Shown one piece after another: positions 49,139 to 60,166 of a DNA stretch of 64,000 nt (the stretch's first letter is position 1; the number at the start of each line of letters is the position of its first letter). The notes beneath the pieces are model-generated. The model worked only from the letters and a program-made list of their open reading frames with translations, had not been told where the DNA came from and did no database searches. This DNA is from Planctomycetota bacterium. GTDB lineage: Bacteria > Planctomycetota > Planctomycetia > Pirellulales > UBA7805. Both the position numbers and the translations under genes were made by a program. The stretch lies in assembly GCA_003389215.1 (NCBI GenBank), contig QQVP01000064.1, positions 1,468-65,467 of the forward strand. Reading direction: 5' to 3'.

Positions 49139-49228
49139 CGTGCTGCCCCCGGGAACCACAACCTCGGGCAATTCGCCCTGGCGCTCATGGTACCAGAGTA
49201 AGCCGCACGCGAGCCAGCCGGCGAGCGG

Positions 49229-49687
49229 CTACTCGGCCGCGGCGCGTCGACCGCCGCCGTCGAGGCTCCAGGGGCCGGAGCCGTTGGCCATGATCATCAG
49301 CATCGCGCCCATCAAGGCGGCGTTCTTCATGGCATTGATCATTTCGACTTCGACGTGCGGCCTCTCATAGCCGGGGAACTGCACGACCGCCTCGGGCGAG
49401 AGCGCCCAGAAGTTGTGAAAGTAGTAGGTGGCCAGCACCAGGAAGATCAGCAGCAGCAGGGCCCCGATACGGGCCTTGTAGCCGACCAGGATGGAAACGC
49501 CGCCGGCGATCAGGAAGACGATGGCCCCGACCAGCATGATCTTGGGCTGGGGAATTCCCTTGGCGGCCATTGCGCCGGCCACCGCGTCGAAGTTTTGGAT
49601 CTTGTTGCCCAGGGCACTCGCCAGAAAGATGCCGACCAACAGCAGTCGCCCCAACACGGTGAGAACGCCTTGAATTGGGTGGGCCAT
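49229..49687 (-). CDS. DoxX family membrane protein
   Basis: LGRLLL, GYKARIGA, FHNFW, MKNAALMG, GSGPWSLD. Confidence 0.9.
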   Translation of the reverse strand: MAHPIQGVLTVLGRLLLVGIFLASALGNKIQNFDAVAGAMAAKGIPQPKIMLVGAIVFLIAGGVSILVGYKARIGALLLLIFLVLATYYFHNFWALSPEAVVQFPGYERPHVEVEMINAMKNAALMGAMLMIMANGSGPWSLDGGGRRAAAE

Positions 49688-50055
49688 GGGGGGCTCCTTT
49701 CGGAAGGAAGAAGGGGGGCACCGTGCCGGGAAAGGAACGCGGGCCTGCGAGCGAATCGCCAAGCAGCACGGCCTGTGGCTGCCCTGTTTGTAACCGAGAC
49801 GCGATGTCGGCGGCTAGCCGAATCGGCCCGGACGTGGGTCGACGGCACACGAGGCGCATCTTCTGCCGCCGTGGCGAGATAGGTCGCCGCGGTCGCGAAG
49901 CGCCCCACTCTCCCGGGGCCAGATCTTAAGAAAAATTGGCGAAACGTGCGGGCTGGGCAATTATCATGATAGCGCCACCGCGTCCGTCGACGTCGGGGTC
50001 CATCGACGTTGGGCCGCGGCAACTACGATTCGACCACCTCGACAAGGAGCCTGAC

Positions 50056-50669
50056 ATGTCTTCCGATGCCCCGTCGCCGCCGAGGCGGCCTCTCCGCGCC
50101 ACGAACTGCACGAACTGAGGAGTCAGTGGTGGTGCTTCCTGCTGCTGGGAATTGCCCAGGTCGTGCTGGGCACCTTTGCCTTGGGATCGTCGTTCTACAT
50201 CGGCGTGTTCGGCGTGCTCACGATCGGAGCGCTGTTGCTGATCAGCGGCGTGATTCAGCTTGTCAGTTCCTTCTGGGCCGGCAAGTGGAGCGGGATGTTG
50301 CTGAACCTGATGATCAGCATCTTCTACATCGTAGTGGGCTATTTCATTCTGGAGAATCCCGGCAAGGCGGCCGCGGTGTTGATGGTGCTCACCTCGGCGA
50401 TGTTGCTCGTCTCGGGCATCTTCCGCTGCGTGGTGGCGATGACTTCGCGATATCAGGATTGGGGTTGGGTGCTGCTCAACGGCATTATCTCGATCGCCCT
50501 GGGCGTGTTGATCTATCGCTTCGTCGAGGACCGCAGCGTCGAGGCGATTACCAAGAGCCTCTGGCTGATCGGGTTGTTCATCGGCATCGAGCTGTTGTTC
50601 AACGGCTGGACCTGGATCATGCTTTCGCTCGGCTTGCGGGCTGCGGGCGACGAAGACGCGAGCGAGTAG
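50056..50669 (+). pseudogene. hdeD: HdeD/DUF308 family membrane protein with apparent 5' frameshift (or sequencing error)
   Basis: RBS and ATG at 50056 are out of frame with ...HELHELRSQWWCFLLLG...LIGLFIGIELLFNGW; one extra C in the C4 run at 50069-50072 would restore the frame. Confidence 0.7.
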
Positions 50670-50859
50670 CTTCGAAAGGTCGCGACTGCCGGACCGGTCG
50701 ACTTGCGGAATAGGGAATACGGAATGCGGATGGCGGCCACGCCGGCGCCCGCGGTGCGTCGCCGTTGTTTGCCGCCGCCGGCTGACCTATACTCGAACGC
50801 CACGCCGCGGCTCCTTCGGTGGGCGGCGACTTGGAGTTCGCACCTCAAGCTTGCGGGTC

Positions 50860-51927
50860 ATGTCGGCGAAGCAGCGCATCAAACTCGCTTTGTTATGGTT
50901 GATGCGCAGCGTGGGCCTGTTCGCCTTGGCCCGCTGGAAGACGCGGCACGGGTTTGCCGTGCTCGGCTGGCACGGCGTGAGCCTGCTGGACGAGCACACG
51001 GTGCTCGATGCCTACTTCGTCTCGCCTGAAGTACTGCGTCGCCGGCTGACCTTCTTGAGCAGGCACTTTCGGATCGTGCCCCTGGCCGAGTTGATCGATC
51101 AGCAGGCTCGTGGCCAGATCGAACCGCGTCAGGTAGCCCTCACCTTCGACGACGCGATGTACAACTTCGGCGGGGCGGCCGTGCCCGTGTTGCGCGAGTT
51201 CGACGCGGCAGCCACGGTCTATGTGATTTCGTCGACGCTCGAGCGGCCGAGCCGGGCGGACATGCTGCTGCTGCAGTATGTCGTGGTGGCGAGCCCGCTC
51301 GGTCAAACGCCCGACAACACGCCGGGCGTCGAGACACCGCTGCCGATGACCTCGCTCGCCGAGCGGCACGACGTGTTGCGCAAGCTTCGCGCGGTCGCCG
51401 CCGAGATGGCTGAGCGTGGAGAACCGATCGGAGAGTTCGTCGAGCAGATGGCCGAGTTGTTCGGCGTCGACCTGGCCGAGCAGCTCGAGCGACGGGTGTG
51501 GGATTATCTGACGGCCGACGAGGTGTGCGAATTGGCTGCGGCGGGTTACGACATGCAGCTCCACTCGCATCGGCATCAGTATGCCACCGAGAATCTCGAA
51601 GACCTGGCCGAGGATACCCGCATCTGCCGGCAGGCGATCGAAGCAGTGACACAGCGCGAGGCGGTGCACTACTGCTATCCTGCCGGCCGGTGGAATCGTC
51701 GCGCCCGCGAGATCTTGGCCGAAGTCGGCATGCGCAGCGGCGTGACCTGCGGCCCCGGTCAGAACGATGTGGCGACGAATCCGCTGTCGCTCAAACGGCA
51801 CGTGACGGGCAACAACTTCACGCAGTTGGAGTTCGAGTATGCGGTCTCCGGCGTGCAGGCGTTGATCCACTGGTTCACGCGACCGGCCTACCGGCACGAA
51901 CCGCCGGAGATTTCCGGCGCCTTCTAG
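50860..51927 (+). CDS. Polysaccharide deacetylase (CE4) family protein
   Basis: LTFDDA, HSHRH, YCYPAG. Confidence 0.88.
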   Translation: MSAKQRIKLALLWLMRSVGLFALARWKTRHGFAVLGWHGVSLLDEHTVLDAYFVSPEVLRRRLTFLSRHFRIVPLAELIDQQARGQIEPRQVALTFDDAMYNFGGAAVPVLREFDAAATVYVISSTLERPSRADMLLLQYVVVASPLGQTPDNTPGVETPLPMTSLAERHDVLRKLRAVAAEMAERGEPIGEFVEQMAELFGVDLAEQLERRVWDYLTADEVCELAAAGYDMQLHSHRHQYATENLEDLAEDTRICRQAIEAVTQREAVHYCYPAGRWNRRAREILAEVGMRSGVTCGPGQNDVATNPLSLKRHVTGNNFTQLEFEYAVSGVQALIHWFTRPAYRHEPPEISGAF

Positions 51928-51931
51928 CGCT

Positions 51932-53101
51932 CTAGTCGACCTTTCGCCAGGCGGCGCCTTGCTTGCCGAACATGAAGGCGTAGAAGCCGAACAGCGAGCC
52001 GACGTTGGCCGTGACGAAGTAGAAGGGAATCGCCGTGCCGGGCAGGTTCAGCCGCGACCGCTCCGAAATCAACCCCAGCAGGGCGGTCAGGTAGAAGGCT
52101 CCCTGCAGCGCCATGAGCACCTGGTAGACGATCGCCGGCACCACGGTCGGCGTGACGAACATCAGGCCGATGTTCGCGAGCAGCGTGACGACCATCAGCC
52201 AGGGCACCATGACCGGCATCACGGAGTGGGACAGGTAGATCCAAAACCGCACGGGCGGCCAGGGGCGAAACATGTAGGGAAAGCGGAGGAAGTTCTGGTA
52301 CTTGCCGGCCTGGGAGCGGATCTTCTGGCGGAAAAAGCGGCGCGTCTCTTTGAGCACTTCGCCGCGAGCCACTGCCTCCGCCTCGAAGATGACGCGGCGA
52401 CCCTGGCCGATGATGCCCAGCGGCACAGCCACATCGTCGTTGATCGTGTTGTCGGCCGGCGAGGGATAGAGTTCACGTCGACAGGCGTAGATCGTGCCGT
52501 CGCACATACAGATCGTATGGAGCCGGCTTTCGATTGATTGCAGGAAGCGCTGGAACTTCCAGTAGAAGCTCGTGCCGGCGCTCATGCCCGACTTCTCTTT
52601 GTGATAGATGTGGTTGCCGGTGACGGCGCCGATCTGCGGATCGGCGAAGTGGCGGACCAGTTTCAGGAGCGCGTCGCGATCGAAGAGCTCGGAGATATCG
52701 GAGAAGACGCAGATCTCGCCGGTGGCCTTGCCGACGACCCGGTTGACCGTGGCCATCTTGCCGCGACGGGGGCTGAACTCGAACAGTTCGACGCCGCGGT
52801 CGCGAAACTCGGCGGCGATTTCGTTGGTGCCGTCGTCCGAGCCGTCGGAGCCGACCAAGATCTGCAGCTTGTCGGTCGGATAGTCGAGCCCCAGGCAGTT
52901 CTCCAGCTTCTCGCGGATGCAGGAGGCCTCGTTGTACGCGGCCAGCACGATCGAGATTGTCGGCCGATACTCGTCGTCGGCCTGGCTCGCCCTGCGGCGG
53001 GCGAAGGGATGGCAGAGGACGAGCAGCAGGGGATAGCCGAAGTACGTGTACAGCAACAGCAGCAACGCGACCCAAAAGATGATTTCGAACGCCAGCGCCA
53101 T
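51932..53101 (-). CDS. GT2 glycosyltransferase
   Basis: AAYNE, SDGSDD, RRGK, NDD; N- and C-terminal TMs. Confidence 0.9.
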   Translation of the reverse strand: MALAFEIIFWVALLLLLYTYFGYPLLLVLCHPFARRRASQADDEYRPTISIVLAAYNEASCIREKLENCLGLDYPTDKLQILVGSDGSDDGTNEIAAEFRDRGVELFEFSPRRGKMATVNRVVGKATGEICVFSDISELFDRDALLKLVRHFADPQIGAVTGNHIYHKEKSGMSAGTSFYWKFQRFLQSIESRLHTICMCDGTIYACRRELYPSPADNTINDDVAVPLGIIGQGRRVIFEAEAVARGEVLKETRRFFRQKIRSQAGKYQNFLRFPYMFRPWPPVRFWIYLSHSVMPVMVPWLMVVTLLANIGLMFVTPTVVPAIVYQVLMALQGAFYLTALLGLISERSRLNLPGTAIPFYFVTANVGSLFGFYAFMFGKQGAAWRKVD

Positions 53102-53131
53102 GGAACCTCCGGCCGTCTACAGGCCGCGTCG

Positions 53132-54835
53132 TTAGGGGGTCTTGAGCAGTTTGCGACGTTGGCCGGACTTGACGCCTTCGAGCGCCATGGCCAGTGCCGC
53201 GTGGTCCGCGCCGGGATCGAGCCGGTCGGTGCCGCGGCCTCGGAAGGGGCTCTTCCGGGTGAGCTGGAAATTTCCGCTGGCGGGATCGCCGAATCCGACG
53301 GCAGCCAGATTGACCGCCTCGAAGTTGTGGGGGGGAAAGGCGCGAAAGCGGTTGGGGCTGATGAAGACGTTCCCGCGAATCTGGTGTCCACGAAAATAGC
53401 GCTTCACCGTCTCCATGCCGGGTGCGGCGCTGGTGCCAATGATGCCGTAACGACCACAGGTGGTAATGTTATTGCGAAAGACGAAGTTCTCGGCGAAGAC
53501 GGGGTAATCGCCTGTGCTGATCAGCGAGTTGCCGATGCCCCCGTGGAGAAAGGTGTTGTTCTCAATGACCACGGCCTTGGCCGGTTCGCAGTCGGCGCGG
53601 GCCGACAATTCTAGAATGCGGCTGCGGGCCTGATTCGAGCCGGTGGCAATGTTCCAGAAGATGTTGTCCTGAATGTGAATTCGGCGAAGCACGGTGGTGG
53701 TAAGTAGATTCCCCTGGGCGTCGGTGCGGCGATGCTGGTTGGCCATCTGGATGCCGGAGGCACTGTCACGGACGAGGTTCTTCTGGAACGTGATGTCTTC
53801 CACGGCCCGACGCGGATCAATCCCCGGTTCGGTGCGGGGAGTGAAGAGAATGGCGAAGCCGGTCTGACCGTGGACCCAACAGTTCTCGAAGATGTTGCCC
53901 TCGATCACCGCGCGGCGGCCATTCTTGAATTCCAGGAGATTCTTGACGACCCAGGCGGTACCGGCGAAGTCCTTGTGGCCCTTTTGCCAGGACCGCGGCT
54001 TGTAGAAATAGTTGAAGCGGATCTCGATGTCGGAGGGAATCACCTTGGGAATTGTCGTTTTGCCACCACCGAAGAGGACGTTCTCGCCGGCCGCTTCCAG
54101 GTAGTTGTTGACGATCTTGAAGGGCCCCGATCCGTTCCAGGCGCAGATCGCCTGCGAGTCGGCCCCCTTTTCGTGGAAGTCGGAAAGGTAGCAATCCATG
54201 ACGGTCGCATTCCGCGCGTTCAGCGCGATGCCCCGCCGGATGTTGCCTGTGGGGTTGCCGTGAATGTAGCAGCGGTCGAAGACGAGATGGTTGGGCAGCT
54301 GACTCATCTTCGTGGCGGGGCTGCTGTTGCGCAGGCCGTCGTAGCCGAAGAGGATCACGTTGTAGCAAACCTGATTGCTGGCGGTGAACTCCAGGCCAAG
54401 AAAGTGGTAGCGACTGGCTCCGAAGTCGGCCGACAGGGCCGGGCGGTCGTTGGCGCTGACGATCTTCGGCATGTGCTTGGCGTGGGCGGGCTGCACGCGG
54501 TCGCCCCGCTGGGGCAGCTTTTCGTGCTCCGTCGAGCGAATCGTAATCCAGTCTTCGTCCGTGAACCGACGCCGCGGCCGCTCGAGTGCTCGTAGGATGA
54601 AGTTGCCCTGGAAGGTGGCCCCCGCCTCGAGCTCGACGACGTCGCCAAACTCAACGCCGTCGAGGGCCCGCTGAAGGTCGTCGCCCGCGGCGACGGTAAT
54701 CGTCTTGGCGGAAGCGGCCGAAGTGGCCGAGGCGGCCAACAGCGCAATCAGCAACCGCACCGTGGCATGGCGGCCGAGCCGGGGCACGCGCGCCGTCCCG
54801 CGAAATGGCCCGGGCAGGTGAGATGTGTTCGACAT
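53132..54835 (-). CDS. Secreted right-handed beta-helix (pectin-lyase fold) protein
   Basis: Signal peptide; DDLQRALD..GDVVELEAGATF; repeated I.I.NN/GN strands. Confidence 0.75.
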   Translation of the reverse strand: MSNTSHLPGPFRGTARVPRLGRHATVRLLIALLAASATSAASAKTITVAAGDDLQRALDGVEFGDVVELEAGATFQGNFILRALERPRRRFTDEDWITIRSTEHEKLPQRGDRVQPAHAKHMPKIVSANDRPALSADFGASRYHFLGLEFTASNQVCYNVILFGYDGLRNSSPATKMSQLPNHLVFDRCYIHGNPTGNIRRGIALNARNATVMDCYLSDFHEKGADSQAICAWNGSGPFKIVNNYLEAAGENVLFGGGKTTIPKVIPSDIEIRFNYFYKPRSWQKGHKDFAGTAWVVKNLLEFKNGRRAVIEGNIFENCWVHGQTGFAILFTPRTEPGIDPRRAVEDITFQKNLVRDSASGIQMANQHRRTDAQGNLLTTTVLRRIHIQDNIFWNIATGSNQARSRILELSARADCEPAKAVVIENNTFLHGGIGNSLISTGDYPVFAENFVFRNNITTCGRYGIIGTSAAPGMETVKRYFRGHQIRGNVFISPNRFRAFPPHNFEAVNLAAVGFGDPASGNFQLTRKSPFRGRGTDRLDPGADHAALAMALEGVKSGQRRKLLKTP

Positions 54836-54942
54836 ACGAGGCCCTCGTTTTGCTTGCTTCCCCCACCCGAACATTTCATTCTAAATCGGCTCGGCAAGGC
54901 TGCAAGCAAGCGTGCTGGGCCATCGCCATCCGCCGCGGAAAA

Positions 54943-56013
54943 TCAGGGGATGCCCCGCACGATGGACGGACCGATTTGCCGACTTAGCCACAGCGGCAGC
55001 CGTTGCCAGGCGGCGATGAAATAGCCAAATTTGCCGCTCTCGCGGCGCACGTCCGTGACCCTTCCCTTGCGCGGGTAATATTGCCAAACGGCCGGCTCGG
55101 GCACCGCTCCCCATTGTTTCTTGAAGCGATACGTGCTGCTGTCTTCGCTGCTGCGTCCGAAGTCGAACCGTCGCTGGCCGCGCTCCACTGAACGACAGAG
55201 CAAGTTCCAATACATGAGCATGTTCACGTTCGACGAGTTGTACGCCTTGAGCGAACTGGCACTGGGCACCTGGGTCATGTCGGGTCCGTGGGCCAACAGG
55301 GCCGCCGCGATCGGCTTCGCCCCATCGAACACGGTGCAGAGTTCGGCCTCGTCGGGAAACTGTTCGAGAATCTGTCGGAACAACTCGCGGGAAAACACAG
55401 GCGTGCCCAGGTCGCGCATGTTTTCGCTGAACACGGCATAGTAGTTGTCGAGCTCGTCGAGCCCGCCCCAGCGGACGGTGAACTCTTGCTTTTCGCCCTT
55501 GCGAATCTGGTTGCGGACTTTGGGCTTGAAGGTCTTCCACAGCTCGTCGCTCGATTCGGTCAACTCGAGCCGCATGTGGACCTTGGTCGTCAGTTTCTCG
55601 GTCAATGCTGGATGCTCGAACTCGGTCTCGTGACGCAGCTCCAAATAGCGGACGTCGAGCGTGTCGGCGAGCCGTTGGGCGTTGCCGATTAATTCGCTCG
55701 CCGCCTCGGAATCTTCGCTCACCACGCCCGAGGTATTGACGTAAGGCAAGGAAACGAGAAACCGCCCGAACAGAAACGTGTTCATCGAGGCCAGCGGCAG
55801 CACGCCGACAATCTGCCCCTCGCGGCGGGCGAGGAAGCCGTAGGGTCGATGGCCCAGTCCGCGGCACAGCGCCGTGAGCCAGCGGGGATCGGACCAATAG
55901 GCGCCGTGGCGGGTGGTGAAGTCTTGCCACTGGCGGAGCCTCTCCGCCTGGGCCGGCGCGTACCAGGCGTCGGGCGAAATCTCCTCGATGACTACGTCCG
56001 TCGCCGTGCTCAT
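54943..56013 (-). CDS. FemAB/GNAT family protein, PEP-CTERM/exosortase system-associated type
   Basis: GVLPL, LVSLPY, KVRNQIRK, NMRDLGTPV, FDFGRS, FKKQWG. Confidence 0.88.
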   Translation of the reverse strand: MSTATDVVIEEISPDAWYAPAQAERLRQWQDFTTRHGAYWSDPRWLTALCRGLGHRPYGFLARREGQIVGVLPLASMNTFLFGRFLVSLPYVNTSGVVSEDSEAASELIGNAQRLADTLDVRYLELRHETEFEHPALTEKLTTKVHMRLELTESSDELWKTFKPKVRNQIRKGEKQEFTVRWGGLDELDNYYAVFSENMRDLGTPVFSRELFRQILEQFPDEAELCTVFDGAKPIAAALLAHGPDMTQVPSASSLKAYNSSNVNMLMYWNLLCRSVERGQRRFDFGRSSEDSSTYRFKKQWGAVPEPAVWQYYPRKGRVTDVRRESGKFGYFIAAWQRLPLWLSRQIGPSIVRGIP

Positions 56014-56142
56014 GAGACTCGTCGATTTCGGTCGTGGGGGAGTGCCGAGTGCGGAATGCGGAAGACGAGTCAAGCGGAAAGTGGAAGTGACAATCGTCGC
56101 GACGCGAAACGAGGACGGGGCCCAAAGCGATCGAGCAACGGG

Positions 56143-57444
56143 TCAGCTCACCGCCGCGCCCGGCTGGTCGGCCACCACGAGGCTGCGTCGCAGGTCGATC
56201 AGGTTGTCGTCGAAGCGGGAGGGGATCTCGATTTCGTCGGCGATGTCGTTGCCGAGGATCAACAGCGAGGCGTGGTCGAATAGCTCGCTCGTCTCTTCGA
56301 CCAGCAACGCCGCCAGGTGGGGCAGGTGCTGGTCGACATAGGCCAGGTTTCGCCCGGTGAGCCGACTGATGGAGATGCCCGGATCGTAAATCTTGATGTC
56401 GTAGCCGCGACCGACGAGCGTCTCGACGAGGGTCACGTAGGGGCTTTCGCGCAGATCGTCGGTGCCCGCCTTGAAGCTGAGTCCGACCATGCCGACCTGC
56501 TTCTGCCCGCTCTCCTCGACCATCCGAATGGCTCGTTCGAGGTGCTCCTGGTTCGAGGGCATAATCGCCCCCAGCAGGCTCACGCGGACCGCCTGCTCTT
56601 CGGCATAGCGGGTCAGGGCCCGTACGTCCTTGGGCAGGCACGAGCCGCCGAAGGCGAAGCCGGGCCGCAGGTAGGCCTTGGAGACATTGAGCTTCGTGTC
56701 GCGGCAGAGCATGTCCATGACCTGCTGTCCGTCGGCTCCGAAGGTCTTGGCCAGCGATCCCATCTCGTTGGCAAAGGCGACCTTCAGTGCGTGGTAGGCG
56801 TTGCAGCCGTACTTGAGCAGGGCCGCCGTGCGCGTATCGGTGACAAACTTGTCCGCGTCGATCGTGCTGTAGAGTTCCAGCACGTCGTCCGCCTCGCCAC
56901 CGTCGAGCGTGCCCACCACGACATAGGGTGGAAAGTCGTAATCGCGAATGGCAATGCTCTCGCGCAAGAATTCGGGGTTGTTGCAGAGCCGCAAGCTGCC
57001 GCCCAATTCGCGCTCGGACGCAGCGGCCAGCAGCGGGGCGAGACGATCTTCCAAAATGCCCGGCAGCAGCGTCGAGCGGACGACCACGTTGTAATTCTGG
57101 TCGCTGCCGCGAAGTGCCTCGCCGATCGACTGGATGACCTTCTCGACCGCGGCGGTGGAAACGGCGCCGGTGCGATCGGACGGCGTGCCGACGGCGATCA
57201 TCGCCATGTCGGTCTCGGCGATGGCGGCGCGGAAGTCTTCGGTCGCCCGCAGCCGGCCCGAGGCGACCTGCTCTTGGACCATTTCGCCCAGACCTGGCTC
57301 AGCCACGGGGGCCTGGCCGGCGTTGAGCGCCGCGACCTTGTCGGCGTCGATGTCGACGCCGATCACCTGATGGCCGTCGCGGGCCATGCAGGCACCCGTC
57401 ACACAGCCGACATATCCGGTCCCGAACAAGGCAACTCGCTTCAT
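56143..57444 (-). CDS. Nucleotide-sugar dehydrogenase (UDP-glucose/GDP-mannose family, AlgD-like)
   Basis: GTGYVG, NPEFLRE, PGFAFGGSCLPKD, FKAGTDDLRESP. Confidence 0.92.
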   Translation of the reverse strand: MKRVALFGTGYVGCVTGACMARDGHQVIGVDIDADKVAALNAGQAPVAEPGLGEMVQEQVASGRLRATEDFRAAIAETDMAMIAVGTPSDRTGAVSTAAVEKVIQSIGEALRGSDQNYNVVVRSTLLPGILEDRLAPLLAAASERELGGSLRLCNNPEFLRESIAIRDYDFPPYVVVGTLDGGEADDVLELYSTIDADKFVTDTRTAALLKYGCNAYHALKVAFANEMGSLAKTFGADGQQVMDMLCRDTKLNVSKAYLRPGFAFGGSCLPKDVRALTRYAEEQAVRVSLLGAIMPSNQEHLERAIRMVEESGQKQVGMVGLSFKAGTDDLRESPYVTLVETLVGRGYDIKIYDPGISISRLTGRNLAYVDQHLPHLAALLVEETSELFDHASLLILGNDIADEIEIPSRFDDNLIDLRRSLVVADQPGAAVS

Positions 57445-57607
57445 CTTCGCCGTCTCGTTTCTTGCTTCCTAAAGATCGGGTTTCCGCCTCCGCGCTTTGG
57501 CGGCTCACGCCCCGTCACGCCGACACGGGCGGACCTTGCTCGATCACGTGTCGGGAGGGAGGGCCCGCCGGAGGGAGCCCGCCCGCCGGACACGTTCTTG
57601 GAGCGAC

Positions 57608-58807
57608 CTAGGCGATCGTTTTCTGACAGACGGCTTCGAACTGTCGGGCAACTTGTTCGGCCGTGAAATTTTCACGCACCAACTGGCCGGCGGCCTTGCC
57701 GATGCGGTGTCGCTCCTCGGGATTCTCGAGCAGACGGCGGACCGCCTCCGCACACGCCTCGACCGTGTCAGCTAATAGTATGTCCGTATCGTGGGTAACT
57801 TTCAAACCTTCGGCCCCGATGGTGCTGCTCACCACCGGCTTATTCATGGCCATCGCCTCGTAAATCTTGATGCGGGTCCCCCCACCTACCAGAAGCGGCA
57901 CCACGACCACCGCCGCCTCGGCCAAATAGGGTCGCACGTCGGGCACCGTGCCGAGCACCTCGACCCCGTCTGCCTGGGCCAGGTTGCGGACCATCGGCGA
58001 GGGATTGCGGCCGACAATTTGAAAATTCAGATCGGGAAAGTCCTGCCGCAGCAGCGGCCAGACCCGCTCGACGAACCAGGCCGCGCCGTCCTGATTGGGA
58101 AGCCAGTCCATCGAAGCCACGAAGGCGACGCGGTTGGCGACCTCGGCCTCCGGACGTGGATCGAAATAGTCGACGTCCACGGCCGTGTCGATCACGTCGA
58201 CGTGGTTCCAGCCGTACTCGCGTTCGAAGAACTCGCGGTCCTGATCGCTTACGGCGATGGCCCGATGAAACTTGTCGCCGGCGGCTGCTTCGTACTTGAG
58301 CATCTTCTGCCACTGGCGGTACATGATCTGGCGACGCAGCCAGGTGCGATCGGTCTTGGCGTGCCGCTCGAAGATCTGGGCCTCGACGTTGTGCTGAAAC
58401 AACAGGTGACGGCGACACGGCAGATCGAACGCGGCCGGTCCCATCAACACGAAGTCGCAGATGACCAGGTCGAACGAGCCGTCGGCCAGCAACTCTTCGG
58501 CCCGCTGACGCAAGGCCGGATTGAAGTCCTTCGTCACGTTGAAGGGCGTCTTCTGGAAGCAGGTGTTGATGGCCAGATCCCAATAGAACTTCAGGTTGTC
58601 GTGAGTCGTGCCGCGAAACGGAATCGGTTCGAGCTTCATGCCCACCGCACGCATCTCGTCGAAGTGAGGCTCGTCCTTCGGCTCGACGCTGCAGATGTAC
58701 GTCACGTCGTGCCACCGGCAAAGATGGCGCAGGATGTTCAGCGTGCGGATGCGCCCGCCCGTGTTCGTGGGGAAGAGGATGCGATTTTGAATGAAGAGGA
58801 TCTTCAC
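57608..58807 (-). CDS. GT4 glycosyltransferase
   Basis: PTNTGGRIR, FQHNVE, GGGTRIKIYEAMA; GTG start. Confidence 0.9.
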   Translation of the reverse strand: MKILFIQNRILFPTNTGGRIRTLNILRHLCRWHDVTYICSVEPKDEPHFDEMRAVGMKLEPIPFRGTTHDNLKFYWDLAINTCFQKTPFNVTKDFNPALRQRAEELLADGSFDLVICDFVLMGPAAFDLPCRRHLLFQHNVEAQIFERHAKTDRTWLRRQIMYRQWQKMLKYEAAAGDKFHRAIAVSDQDREFFEREYGWNHVDVIDTAVDVDYFDPRPEAEVANRVAFVASMDWLPNQDGAAWFVERVWPLLRQDFPDLNFQIVGRNPSPMVRNLAQADGVEVLGTVPDVRPYLAEAAVVVVPLLVGGGTRIKIYEAMAMNKPVVSSTIGAEGLKVTHDTDILLADTVEACAEAVRRLLENPEERHRIGKAAGQLVRENFTAEQVARQFEAVCQKTIA

Positions 58808-58914
58808 GCGGGCGGCTGGCGATCGTGTGACTTGGAGACGGGCGTTTTGTCGTGTGTCGGGGAAGCGGACGTGGTGAGGGAGTGTGGTCGGGCGTGGCGA
58901 TGCCGCGGGTGCGA

Positions 58915-60135
58915 TTACTGCGAGCCGGAAGATTCTAACGGAACCGACTCGACGTCGGCACTCCCGCGGGCGGCGTCGGGTTGGTCGTCTTCGGTGTGGT
59001 TGTCGGCGTTGTCGGCGCGGCAACGGGCGGCGGCCGGTTCGCCCAGCGAGGCGGCGATCAGCACGTCCGCCTCGTCGGCCACGGTGTCGCGGACCGGCGG
59101 TTTGACGATCGCCTGGCAGACCGCCTCGTGATTCTCCAGCACCTGGCAGACCTTTGCACAGAGATCGTCAGGATCGTCGTGCGTGTAGGTCACGACGCTC
59201 TCGGGTCGCGTGCCGTTCTCGGCGGCCACGACCGGCACGCCCATCGTAAGGGCCTCGAGCACCGACGAGCATTCGCCGTCGGAAGTCGGCGTGCGGAGGT
59301 AGAGCTTCGATCGCCGGGCAAGCGTGAGAAACTCGTCGTGCGACAGATCGCCGGCGAAGCAGATGTGGTCGCCGACGTTCAGCTCATCGATGAGCCCCAT
59401 GATCTTTTCTCGCATCGGACCTTCGTAGTCGTCGGTCGAACCGGCGGTGGCCACGCCGAACTTTGGATAGCGGTCGGCGAGCCGCCGCACGCCTGCCACG
59501 AACGTCTCCAGATGGAAGCCCTCGCGGAGAAAGATGTAGGAGTAGACGACCGGCTCGCGGGCGGCGAAGAATTCCTCGACGTGCGCGGGTAGCGGCACGT
59601 GGTCGCCCTCGACATAGGCGGCGCTGAAGGCCTTGATCGGCACGATCTTGTCGGCCGACACACCGTATTCGACGATCTTCTCCTTCACCGCGTTGTTGTT
59701 GCAGATGATCTTCTTGGAGAGTTTGAACATCAGCTTGAGCAGCAGCAGATACTTGCCGCGGCTCCGCTCGCGGGGAAAGTTCTGCTGATCGACGCCGGCA
59801 TGAAAGCTGAGCACGATTCGGCGTCCAAAGAAACAACCCCACACTGCGGCGATTACGGCCAGGGCCATGCCAACCGCGCCGTCGCCGTTGGCGTGGGCAT
59901 GCATTGTGTAGCCGCGCATCGCGAAGCGAAACGTCTTCCAGATGTAGTCTCGCCCGCTGAGCACCGTGACGTAGTCGTCGCTCGGCACGGCCCGATTCTT
60001 GCCGATGTTGAGTGCCTGGCAATCGTGGCCCTGGCGAAGCAGGAATTCGCGCACGACCTGAATTCGCATCGACCAACCGGCCAACGGCGGTGGATAGGGT
60101 CCGACTTCGACAATCTTGGCGACGGGCGACTTCAT
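58915..60135 (-). CDS. GT4 glycosyltransferase
   Basis: VGPYPPP, DGECSSVLEAL..GVPVVA. Confidence 0.85.
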   Translation of the reverse strand: MKSPVAKIVEVGPYPPPLAGWSMRIQVVREFLLRQGHDCQALNIGKNRAVPSDDYVTVLSGRDYIWKTFRFAMRGYTMHAHANGDGAVGMALAVIAAVWGCFFGRRIVLSFHAGVDQQNFPRERSRGKYLLLLKLMFKLSKKIICNNNAVKEKIVEYGVSADKIVPIKAFSAAYVEGDHVPLPAHVEEFFAAREPVVYSYIFLREGFHLETFVAGVRRLADRYPKFGVATAGSTDDYEGPMREKIMGLIDELNVGDHICFAGDLSHDEFLTLARRSKLYLRTPTSDGECSSVLEALTMGVPVVAAENGTRPESVVTYTHDDPDDLCAKVCQVLENHEAVCQAIVKPPVRDTVADEADVLIAASLGEPAAARCRADNADNHTEDDQPDAARGSADVESVPLESSGSQ

Positions 60136-60166
60136 CGAAGGGCGTCTTCCGCGAAGGGGGACTTTA

